Positions 25,179 to 37,200 of a stretch of DNA of 64,000 bases are shown in pieces. The DNA comes from Yuukianura sp. NJ FZ-2021 (lineage: Eukaryota): NCBI GenBank assembly GCA_046563655.1, contig CM102286.1:1736001-1800000 (forward strand). The letters are read 5' to 3'. Each line of letters starts with the position of its first letter. Positions within the stretch are counted from its first letter, which is position 1. Under the pieces are notes generated by a model. The model made no database searches. It worked only from the letters and a program-made list of their open reading frames with translations, and was not told the DNA's origin. The position numbers and the translations under genes are program-made.

Positions 25179-27247
25179 TTACATCAAAATTTGGAACAGA
25201 AACCCGCCAAATATTTTCAAAAAATTTGAAAAGTAACCTTGGCGGGAGTTTTGGCTGGAAGTGAAAGAACTTGAATTGAAATTTTCTTTGTTCAAAGCCA
25301 GTTCCACGTGATTTAGATGACGCTGTGGTGCAGTTTTCGATTTTTTGCTTCTGCGCAAGAGCTGATTTTGTTCTAAACATTTAAAATTGGAGTGATTCAA
25401 AAGTTGACATGGTCGGTCACTGTAACGGTGACCACAGCATCCAAGCTCCACACAGTCAAATTCAAGTCCACAGTCACATTCTTCTGAAGCTTCCAAAATT
25501 TCTGAAAAATCAAAATTTTAAGTTTTTTTGAAAACATGGACACTCATTTTTTGATTTTTAAATGTTCAAATGTTACTGTTTCCACAAAACGGAGAAGGAT
25601 CTTCCACAAAGCAAAGTTTTCTCCCAAAGTTTTCCAGAATGTCACGAATTCTTTGTTTCGAACAAGGACTGAACAGGAAGTTGTTTTTTTGAAAAACTTT
25701 TTTTTCTTGAAAACTAGTCGGCCACATTATGAACCTTGAACAACATTGAAATGTTAGGTTGAATAGCTTTATATTTGACCTAGTGACCTAATTTGGTTAA
25801 CCTGCCGTCAACGGGTTCAAATGATTTGAACGAGTGAATCCTAAGGTCTCCCTTTGGAAGTAAACTTGGATCGTGTCCAGAACACTGCCGCAGTTTTTCT
25901 AAAAAATCGGAGTTTTCGGGCCGTGACAGATCGACGTCATGTTTGGAACCGAAGGAATGCCCTAGTTCATGCAGCAACGTCATGTCCAACTGACTCTGAC
26001 TCAAAATTTTCCCGTTCGGTCCTGTTCCACTTATCAAAATCAAATTCAAACTTGCCGCTTCTCCGTCCGAATCGGGATCATTTTGGCGGTATTCACAAAT
26101 CCCACCAACATTTCTACCGTCACCTATGCAGATGAATTACTGGTAACAGCACTTCAATTTCAAAATTTTGAAACTTGGTAAAAATTGTTAAATTTTTCAA
26201 AAATTATGTTCAGTGACCTCTGATTGACACTGCCACTTCATTACGCAGAAGCGGACGCATCGTTAGACCTAACGCGATGCAGCAATCTCTGAAATCTGAT
26301 TGGCCAAAAACGGCCAGCAATCGTCGCCCATCTTTCTTTTCAAAGTATTTTGCTGGAGGTTCTGATGGCAAAAAGTTCCAGTTGTGCTCGACCTACCAAA
26401 ATTGTCAGAATTTCAAAAAATACTCAAAATTTTGAAAGTTTAAATTAGTTTTTTTTTTGATTTTGTACACTTTGAATTTTGAAACCAATGTTATCTGCTA
26501 CACCGTCTTGGTTCCAATCAACTGTCCGAAAAATCCAAGACGCTTTGTCGATCATTCCATCCAAACTGAAATTTCCATTGGACAAAAATTGCGACTCAAA
26601 TTCAGCGTCCACCAGAACACAAATTTCACAAACCAAGCCAGTTGATCTACAACATAAAAAAAATTCAAAAATTCTGGAAATTCTATGCATGTTTCCAAAA
26701 AAAAACCTGGTGGGTGAAAATAAATCCGAGGTGAAAGCACTCTTCTTTTTCCTCCTCCGAGGTTTAAATTCACTTTCACTTTTTCCAAATCTCTCAGTTT
26801 CTTGATCTACTTTTCCGTTCTCCGGTGAGTGAAACGTGAATTTTGATTTCGTTTTTGCTAGGAATTTTTTGGAAGTGGATTTTCTTCGAAAGGTTGAGAT
26901 TCCTCGTGTGTCGAATCTTTGATCCACAGAATCCGATTCTACTTTTAGAAAAAAAAAGGATGAGTGGACGTTTTCTTATTAATATTTAATAGAAATCCAC
27001 AAAATCTAGTAGAATCCTAAGAAAAATAAAAGTTGCCTTCAATTCCCGTGGAAAAGTTACAACTGCTTCCATTTTGTAATTCTGATGATCCCGACAATGT
27101 GTTGTTACAGTGCGGCTCAAAATTTTTTGAGAATCGTGAAAAAGTCGGAACTGCTTCGATTCTACTTATGTTGGCTAAAACTGAAAACGAAACTAGAATC
27201 AAAATTTCAAAAGCAATTGCTTCCGAAATCCAATTACTCGCAGTCAT
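25179..27247 (-). CDS. ADAM10/Kuzbanian-like zinc metalloprotease, short form (7 exons)
   Basis: Signal peptide, basic RRRKKK site, CEICVLVDAEF, NIGFKI, GGICE, HELGHSFGSKHD, Met-turn FIMWP, NNFLFSPCS, CGNKILEASEECDCG (start of disintegrin domain); exons splice in frame. Confidence 0.82.
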
Positions 27248-28229
27248 AACTGGGGTTGTAACAGCTAAAAATATGCGACTAAAACACGAAACCAAAAATT
27301 TCAGCCGTTTTCAAATTTGTAGAAACAAAACAAAGAATTTTGTGCCCATAATTTTTGATTTGGCAACTTAAAAAGCACTGAAGTCTTCCCAAATTCCAAA
27401 AATATTTCCATATTGCAACATTTGCCGTTTTTAAAAAGTCCATTTTCAAAATTATTTTTTAACGAAAACGTGGAAGCGTGTTATTTCATCTCAATTTCCT
27501 TCTCGAGTGAACCTAAGATTTGTCAAATCCTGTTAAAGTAGTGTGAGGCTTTCCATTAATATTTAATGGCAAATGTGATTTGAAAAATTTCTTTTTTCTA
27601 AAACGTTTTCCCATTTTGTCACTCAACTCAGATGCATTAGATGCTCCTTCTCAGCCATTTTTACAATTTTATAAAATTTGAGTACAAAATTATTTTTGAC
27701 ATCAATTTTCCAAATTTTGAGTCTCCGTATTTTATTAAATACTCATTTTCTGGAAGTGATGATGCGTGAAACGGTGGTGGTGCAGGTACATATAGCTTTT
27801 CTTTTTCATTGCAACAAAAATTTTGAACTTAAACAGAAAAGTGTAAAGTAAACTTAAATGTAAGAATTAACGTTGCAAGCAGAGCTTTTTTATGAACACA
27901 AAAGTTATGATTTTAGGAAAATTGAAGCAAGCGACCAAAACGAAATCCGTTTTTCTGAAAATTGCACAACCAAAAGGAACTTATCGTAAGACAATTTGTT
28001 TTTTGAAAAAATAATTAAACAGAACAAAAAAAAAGTTGAACATGAAAAAAAAGTGTTTTGTAATAATTGACGAATAGTTTTTAGTAGTGGAGGTCGAAAA
28101 TGAAAAATAGTGACAGTCTTGACCTTGCACAAGTCCGTGACATTTTTAAACTTAACTTTTCTTAATTGTAATTAGTTAAATAAGGTGTTAATTAGCTCAT
28201 AAGTTAATAAGGGGCAGATGCTGTTCAGT

Positions 28230-31200
28230 TTAAGTCAACACGTCTGAGTCGGTTGAACTTTTCGTACTTTCCGTATCAGCATGTTTGCGCAGAAGCGTAA
28301 TTGTGATTACGCCGCGTGTTTTTCGCATCATGTCAATCACTTCAGGCGTTTCCATATTTCGAATTGACTCGTTGTTTACCTAAGGAAGTTTCCAAAAGTC
28401 AAAATTTCAAGGTTCAAAAAAATTTGGAAAATCAAAATTTCAGAATTTTTACCATAATAACTTCATCACCAACGTGAAGGCGTCCATCTCTTCCTGCCAC
28501 GCTATCTTCATAAATGGCCGTAATAAAAGTGTGTCCACCGGAACCCTTGATGCTAAATCCTAAACGACTGCACCATTTACGACTTAACTGGACGGTAATT
28601 ATCTAAAACAAAAAAAAATTGAAAAATTTCAAAATTACGAAAATTAGTAATTTTTTGAAAAAGTTTTTGAAAGAGTTGCTACCTCTTCTCCATTGAAAAG
28701 TTCTGAACTGGAAACTTCGATCATGTTCATTTCGCCTTCATGGAACTCCCTGCCGTCTGGACTTTGACGTTGAGAAAGTCCCGCCAATTTTTCAACTTGC
28801 AGAAAACTGGAAGCTGTGGAGGTGGGTCTCGGTGGGGCCGAGTCTCCATCGCTCCCACCCAGCACTGGAGATCGGTGGGGCAGACTGCCATCAAGAGAAT
28901 TCAAATTGTCCTCCTCATCTTCTTCATCTTCGTCGTCTTCCAGGGGAAACTGAATGCCTTTCCATTTCGACAAGCCTCCTGCCTGTTACCATAAACATTA
29001 AATATAACGACACCAATTCAAAAATACGCGCTTCTTTTGTCTCCAAAAAGCGCGGTTTCAACATTTGTTTTTCGGAGCTCTGCTGAAAATGAGTAAGCTT
29101 TGGAGAGAATAGAGCCACATTAAGTTCCATTTCTCTCCCGGTCATGGTCAAATACTCACTTGTTGAGCCGTGGAAGCGGAATTGGGGTGTGACCAATCCC
29201 CAGAGTCGTCAGAGGTCATGACCCTTGGAGCTGTGCCAGAAGTGGTGGCTCGTGCCCCACCGGCCCCACTTTGTGCCCCACCACATTTCCTGTCATGTCC
29301 AAACTGCTCCACTTCTTCACGACTCAGACTGAGGTTCTTGCGTCCACCGCCGAGCCTGGGGCGACTGGAAGTGTTGGATGGAAAAACGGCACTTTGGTAG
29401 GCAGGTTGTCCAGGACGAAACTTTTGGTTTTCAGAACTCGTGCCAAAACTTCCTGGAACTGAGACGATACTGTCGTTCTGCAAAACAAAAGAAAAAAGTA
29501 ATTTGAAATTCGAAAAAATGCGGGCCAAAAGTTAGTTTGATTAGACAGTTTCGAAAAAGCTCCGTTTGAAGTTCAGCCCCCATAAATTGCAGTTTTTGAA
29601 ATTAAAAAAAGTAAGATAAGGTAGTGGTAATTTCAAATGATATATTTTTAAACCAACTTTTCAATTTGAGTCGTATAACTACGCAAATCAAAAAAAGTTA
29701 AATTAACTTTCTACATGACAAATTTTTGCAGAATTTTAGGAATCTTCCATTTCAGATTTTGTGAATTTCTGGCGTAATTTTTTCTTAAAATAATTTTCTT
29801 CAAATCAGAGCTTTCAAAAGCAGATTGAGAATCTCGGAAATAAAATCTTTTCAATTTTCGCTAAAGTTATCACAAAATTTCAATTGCAAATGACATCCTT
29901 TCACAAAAACCAATTTTAGTTTTACTCAAAGCTCTAAATTTCTTTATTTTTACCTCTAGCGATGCGTTTGACTCATTCAAAATCGACAAAAACATTTTTC
30001 TGGAAAAAAGTCTTATTTTTCTTTTGAAAAAAAATTGACGTTTACAGATTCTAGTCTTGCGATATTTTATCCAATTATCTCAGCTTTGTCGATCTCTCTC
30101 AATTGAATCTCGATATCGTTATCATTTGCGGAAAATTCCTGACGACTCCTGCTACAGAGATCGATTGGCACACTTTCTCTTTTGCTTTCTCCTCACTCAA
30201 TGACTCTTTCATTCGCTCCATTTCAAATGCTAATTTACTTAGTTAGCTCAAAAAGTAAGGAAAGTAGAGAGTATAGTAGCATTAAGGAACTTTTGCCTAG
30301 CTTTTAGCAGAACATGACCACCTAACATACCTTAACCACCTTGCCTAACATAACCGCCTACTCTTAACTTAACGAAAAAATCTTTCAGTCAAACTCCAAA
30401 CTTTAGTTTAGACTTTTGCAGATTTGACAACGGAATTCTCTACAGAAAGTAAAGTTCCTTTAGAATAATTTAGAGAATGCACCAGTACTTCTAGTCGAGA
30501 GAAAGTTTTAGCCCAAGGTTTTCAGGTTAGGCAATAGCCTAACTTTAGAGTTTTAATCTAACAGAGAATGTTCGTTTTAAGTTAGGTTTTGCTTTTTGGT
30601 TAGGTTTGGCTTAGTTCCATTGCTTTTGTAAAGTTAGAAACTGAAAATTAGGCAGAAAGTTTCTCACCACTTCGTAACTTCATAATGCTAGTAAGGAGCT
30701 TCAAGGGGTTTTGTTACACTCTCAAAGGAAATCCGACTATGCAAATGAGGCTTGAAAAGTAACCATGGTTACTTACTCTTTTAGTAACCATATCTAAGCA
30801 TCCGTAACCACTTGAACTATAGTTACTTTAACAAAAGAGTCACTCACGTGATTTAAATCAGACGAGTATGAATCATCTTCCAAACTGCTGATCCGATCCA
30901 AATGCATCGTATATTGCCGAAATGAGGGTTTTCTCCCGCCAACTCCACTTGACTCCTCCCCTCCAGAATCAGTTTCGGATTTTGAATTTCCCGCGTCCTT
31001 TGCGCCTCCCTTAGTTTTGTTTTGGTGCATAATGGTTCCAGCAGGAGTGGACTCTCCACTGCCAGAACTCCTGGCTTCCAGTGGACATGAGCCCTTAAGG
31101 GTCGTCGAAGTCCCTGATCCGGTGGGTTTGGACTTGAGTCGAGACAGTTCCGGAGTTTCATTGGATTTTGGAGTTGATCGGCCCGCGAAACCTTTGAAAT

Positions 31201-34200
31201 TGGATTAAACCATCGTTAGAAACCTTTGTTGTACTTATCACATAGAATCCTTACAAGAAAAACACTAAACTAAACTAAAAACTAAAAAAACTGGGGTCAA
31301 TGACCTCTGGTAAAAGCAGAGCGTCAAGGTCATTGACCCTTGAAAAGTCGCCGGGCAATGACCTTGAACCGTTTCAATGATATTGTACTATGAGCAAAGG
31401 TGATTGACCTGCGACTTCAATCACCTTTGCGCATCATAGTACAAAGTCATATGCGAATGTTCAAGGTCATTGACCTCTGCTCAAGTATATGCTAGAGGTC
31501 AATGACCTGACAAATTTTCCAGGTCATTGACCGTTTCGACTCCATTTGTTTCGTGTTGCTTAAAATTGAACCCACTAAAAGTTGCAAATCAAGGTCAAAT
31601 GACCAAGATTTGAATCGATTTACTTTTCCCACCGTTTTTGTTCAAAACTAGTAGAATATCGCTGAATAGGAGAAACGTGCCATGAAATCTGCCTTTGCGG
31701 GTTAATTCAATTGAAAATGTTAGGTTAAGGTTATTCTCTCGAGAGAACTCAAAATCCCGGGTATCGTCCGAAATACTTACGATCGAGAGCAGCCGAAATG
31801 ACTTCTGGTGAAGGCGTCATGCCCACGACCACTCCAGCACGTCGCTGCTTCGGAAGAGTCAATGAGCCATTAGCGTCCACTTGAGGTTGTTTGTAGCCTC
31901 TGACGAGCGTGGCACAGGGCCCCGTCCCTTGACCACTCGTCATGGACCCTGGAAGGGAGCCCTTGACGTCAGGCGAAGAGCTCATTTGCTTCCGTTCCTT
32001 CATTTCGTGAATCATGTCAATGGCTTCTTGCCTATAGTAAACATAAACAAAACACAGTTGAACATTTTCTAAACAAGGCACATAAAAAATAAACTACTCA
32101 AACTTTTTTCTGAAAAAAACGCAAAGAAAAAGTTTTAGTGAAAAGTTCAATTCATTCTAGCGCTAAGATGAACTTTGACCCCAAAAAACTTGTGTTCACG
32201 AAAAGCCTTTCACTGTCGTTTATTACTGCGTTGCGACGTCCCATTTTTTATGAGATTAACGCGTCAAACTACTCTTTTCACCACTTTTTTTTGTTTCGCG
32301 CTTTTTTTTTACATTTCCCTCTGCACGGGCGGGAACTTTTGAATTGCTAAGATATCTCTATCGTCCTTTTACAAAGAAAGTGAAAGCGATGAAGAAAGTT
32401 TAAGTGTGTTAAACTCCTTTATCTCAAGGTAAGGGCAAGAGGAATGCAAAGGAATGTAAGACTTCAGGGCAGTCATGTATAATGCATGGCCGTCTGATAA
32501 GAAAACCTCCATTTTCCCGCACTTTTTCTGCCGTTCAAAACCTTACGTTTGAGCATTTGAAACTTGGCGCTCCTCAACTTTTTATTTTTAGAGCACTTCA
32601 AATTATGCTGACTTCTGACACATGGAAAAAGCTGCGGGGGTAATGTGAGACTTTTGACATGACTTAAAGAGAAAGTTGTTTTCACTCTGTGAAATTTGAA
32701 CTCAGACAGAATTTCCCGCCCACATTTTTTGAAAATCTTTACAACATACAACATTTGAGTGTTTGTGGAGAAAGTGATGTGTATAAAACGCAGAGAGGGA
32801 ATATTTGAAATATTTCGAAATTGAAAAAAATGAGACAGAACCGGAAATAAGTTTTTCTTTATGTTTTCTCAGAAGGTAGAAAAGCTGATATGGAAAATAA
32901 TTCAAGGCGCTCGAATTTCAAATTTGGGGGGAAAATTTGAAATTCAAAAAAATGAAAGTTACCGATAAGTCTTGTCTTTGATGATGATTCGATGGGTTTC
33001 AGGCGGAGATAGATTTGAGATCGGTGTGGGGCAGGGGTCACGGTACAAACGCAATTTCACGAGTGCCGGACATTGACGTAGAAACGTAACCGCCTCGGCG
33101 TGACTCATTCCTTCCAGATCTTGAGAATTTACCTAAAAAGTAGTTTCAAAATTTTGAAATTTGAAATTTTTGAAAATGTGAATAATGGCTTACTGCAACT
33201 ATTCTATCTCCGGGTTGAATTCTTCCGTCACCCAGTGCTGGCGGTTTGACTAGTTCCCGGACATAGTGACCCAGTCGCCCGGAATCATCTTGACGAATAG
33301 TAAATCCTAAACTTCCGGCAATTTTTTCCAAAACAACTTCGAATTCCTGAAAAAATAACAAATTCATTTCAAAATTTCAAAAAAAGTCAAAATGCTGGAG
33401 GAATTTAAAAATTAAAATTTGACTGGCTCGAAGCCACATCCGGAGTATCCGGGTTCCAACAATTTTCATTAACCAGAAAATCATCATGTCAAAATAAATT
33501 AAGCTTAATTTAAACCGCGGGAATTTCAAATTTTGTGTGGTTTAATCTCCAGTGTCATCTTGCTTTCCGAATGAAAACAACGCCTTCTGCTCCTGCTTTT
33601 ATGAAAATTAGACTCTCCATGATTCCAGTTGCTTCCAGATACAAAATATAGTGATCAGTCTAACCTAATAACCTCAGTTTAACCTACTTTTGTCAGATTG
33701 TATTCAAAGTAAACCTAACTTTAGGCTACTAACCTAATCTCTGTTCCAAAAACATAACCTAACAAAGTCTTTGTATTAACGACTCATTTACGTTTACTCT
33801 TCCTACAAATTAATTTGTTCCTCCTCACCACACTCGGATGACTACTTTCACAGACTCCTCGTTTTCCAGACTAAAATTAATTCCGCGAATCTCATCAACA
33901 GCAACCTAATCTAAGCAGAAACAAAACCTAGCTTCCTTTTGTTAGGTTTAGTCACATCGAAGTTCCAAATTCAAAGCCTTTTGTGCAAACCAATTTCGAC
34001 TGTTTGCCAAAAACTTTCGTTTCCTGCCCAAAACGAGAAATAATTGACAAACCTTAACCTAATTCTGTTAAAAGCTCTTGATCTGCTGCTGGATGCTTTC
34101 CCGCAACCTAAAACCTCAACTTTGAACCTAACGAAAACCTAACGGAAAAGCTTGCTTTCACCAAATCTTTTGTTATTCTTTGGGCTTAACCCCAAAACTG

Positions 34201-37200
34201 ATTAAGTCATTTTCTCTGTTTCTGAATTAGTGCCAAAGTGGGTTTCTGGTGCGGTAAATTTAAATTTCCCGCGTTTTCTCTTATTCCTGAAATTTCTCTG
34301 CGTTTTCCATTCTTTCTCAAATTTTCCAGATTTTCCAGCACATTTTGCTATGAAAATTCCTAAATTTTTAACAAACTGCTCAAAAAAGTTCTTTTTTGTT
34401 TCTTAGTTAAAGTAACACAAAAAAAAAATGAAAAAGAAGCAAGATGAATACAAATGGTTTGATCAATTTGTTGTTGTCTTGTTACTTAAACTCCCTTAGG
34501 AAGTTAGCCGCTGGAAAGCGTGCTGGTTAACCTAACCTTAACCTAATCGTGTTCCACGCATGTTACATTATGTATAAGCTAAGTTTCGGATTGTGGAAGA
34601 AGAATAAGTTGGGGTTATCTGCGTAAACCACCAAAGTTCCACTGAGTCTCATAAATTAAGACAAAAAGAAAGGCCGACCAACCACTTTCTCTATCTCACT
34701 TTTACTTTCTCCCGCCTCCTCACTTTTCTCAAAAAAGAAGTCCAAAGTTACAAAAAGACTTTGACTTTTGTGAACAAAAAGCGTCAAAAAGGGAAGTTTG
34801 TAAACCCAAAAGGCTTGGAAGTGTCATCAACTAAATTAAAAGAGGCAATTCATCATCTTAAACATCCAAACCACCCTGTCTCCCTCCAGAATAGCAGGAA
34901 AAACAACCTTACCTAGCCTAATCTACGGGAAAAAACGCGCGCTCTCGTTCAAAATTGCAAAAATAACTTTGGATCTCATTAATCATTCATTCACAAACAC
35001 CTTTTACACACTTCGACAGTGTAGTAATTACACCTACCCGAAAAATTAATCTTCCCGAATCAAAATTTTGAAAAAAAAAACCTCACCAACATAACTTTTC
35101 ATCTAACAAAAATCTAATATCGACGTAACCTTAACTTTCCCAGCCTAATTTTATTAACTCTGCGCTCCCATTTTGCCTAAACTTTCTCCAAAACTTATAC
35201 TTTCACTTTTAAAATTTGTTTGAAAATTAACAAAAATTGAAAATTGGACAGTTAGAAATCGCTCTAACTCAAAATTTCTTACGTTTTTGTAAAAAGCACA
35301 ACAGCCGACATTAGGTCGCAGTTTTTTTTATATTTCTGTCGCCACAATGCGTTTTTGATTAATTTGAAGCTGAAGACCACCTCCGACGTTTCATTTTCTT
35401 TTAATAAAAGCGCTGAGTCCTCAGAAGTTATTAAATGAAGCAAAAATTCCTTCCAAAAAAAGCCTTTGTCTCGTTCACAATGTTTTCCTTGTGCTTTCTC
35501 CATTGTTTGTCTGACTTTTCTTCCAGCTTTCTCTCAACTTTTTCTCTTGTGTTATTTTTTGTTAGGGTATGTTTTTTGTTAGAGTTATTTTTTTGTTAGG
35601 GTATGCTTTTGTTAGTGTAACTTACCCCACTGGTAGTTGGAATGCTGGTAGTGTTGACTTTAGGGTTGAGACTAGAGAGTGACTTTGACTTGACCGAGGG
35701 AAGAGAGGCAATTGACGAAAATGAGTCTGCCATGGACCTTGGTTGTCCGGTTGTTACGGAATCCCTGGAATGCGGGTGGACTGGACATGGCGGAGGCGGG
35801 TAGTGGCGGGGAAGATGAGTGACGTGAACTGGGAGTCCACCGAATCCAGAACCCATGTCAGAACAACTCACAAGTTCTGGAAGGGGCGGCGGACGACAAA
35901 CAGTCAGCAGAGTGTCAGTCGGGGTAGTCCGAAGGACTTCTAGAGCTTCCTGTTTCGAACAAAACAACAATTGGATTGGAATTTAGAAAAGAATCATCTT
36001 AGACAATGAAATCAAAATGGAGAAAAAAGAAGTTGGGCGGGAAAAATGTTTTAATTTCTCGGTTGTATGCCTTTGTAACATTTCCCAATTGAATTACAAT
36101 TGAAGCAAACACGGAAGTAGCAAAAAAAAAAGTTAAATTGTGTTTGAACAAAGCCCAATCTTTTCAAAATGAAGAGCATCTCCCGCCACTTTCTTTTTTC
36201 CGCTCCTGCGAACTCAAATTAGGCCCACTGAAACTGTATTTTTAAACTTTTCTATTCGCGGATTCAAAAAATTCAACTTTTTTTTTGTAAATAGTAAAAT
36301 CCACTAAAAATTTTCGCAGCAACCCTATTCAATTTTTGTGCAAATTCTAAATTCTATAATGCTAAAAAGTGATCTAATTTTATGTAATATTATGTAATGT
36401 TAAGTTATGTAAGATCTTACATGATTGGTTAAGCCAATGAGTGAAGTTCCGTTGGCTTTGAGGATGATATCCCACGGTTGGAGTCTACCCGACTGGTAAG
36501 CTGGTCCCAGCGGAAAAACTTTCTTCACTCGAATCAGCCCAGCAAATGGCTCCTTAAAATATATAAAATAAATATAAAATATATAATACATAAAATAACA
36601 AAAGATAAGCCTAACACGCACAAAAAAACTTGCTCCTTTCTGCTAAAATCATCCTAACTTATAAGATAAACACAAACTGAAAAAATAAAAATTTTGAGTA
36701 AAAAATCTTGAAAGTAGAATTTCTGTTTTGAAAAAAAAAGTGAAACTTAGTAAATATCATGTAAAATATGTTACGTGACCCCGTGACACAATGATTCACC
36801 AAAAGTTAGCTTTTATCGCCTTTCTCCAGGCACAGTTGCATGAAAACTGGAGCTTAGAGAACTGTGGACTGTTAGATATTGTATCTATTTTTGGAAAAAG
36901 TGAAAGTAGGATTGTAGGTCTCTTGTGACACATATGGAGAGAAACAAAGCAGCTTAAGCTACCTGAATAGACTGACCTGGATAGAACAGAGGAGCCTAAT
37001 TGGCACGTTGGAGATTAATGAGGTCATGTGAGGTCAGAGTGAAGAGAAAAGTGTAGTTACTCCCTCCAGTGAAAGTAAAACAATAGTCTATAGTTTTGGA
37101 AGTGAAAGTGAAAGATAGTTTTCCATTTGGATGTTTCCTTAATTCGGAATTGGACCAAGACAAAGGGGGATTACGTGCCTTTGCTTTCACTTTGGCCAGG

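Noticed and set aside
27031..27040. GC-AG donor for ADAM intron 1
   Set aside because: Not required: an in-phase GT donor (gtaact) lies at 27060; kept only as an alternative.
30045..30235. Coding-looking purine-rich stretch in a PDZ intron (possible extra exon)
   Set aside because: All three minus-strand frames hit stops before a compatible donor, and the flanking exons already join in phase.
33650..35170. Many AACCTAA/TTAGGTT motifs, suggesting interstitial TTAGG telomere repeats or hnRNP A1 sites
   Set aside because: Never more than 2-3 tandem units, and they occur in both orientations relative to host genes (e.g. 5425-5490, 30520-30650), so they look like a background motif.
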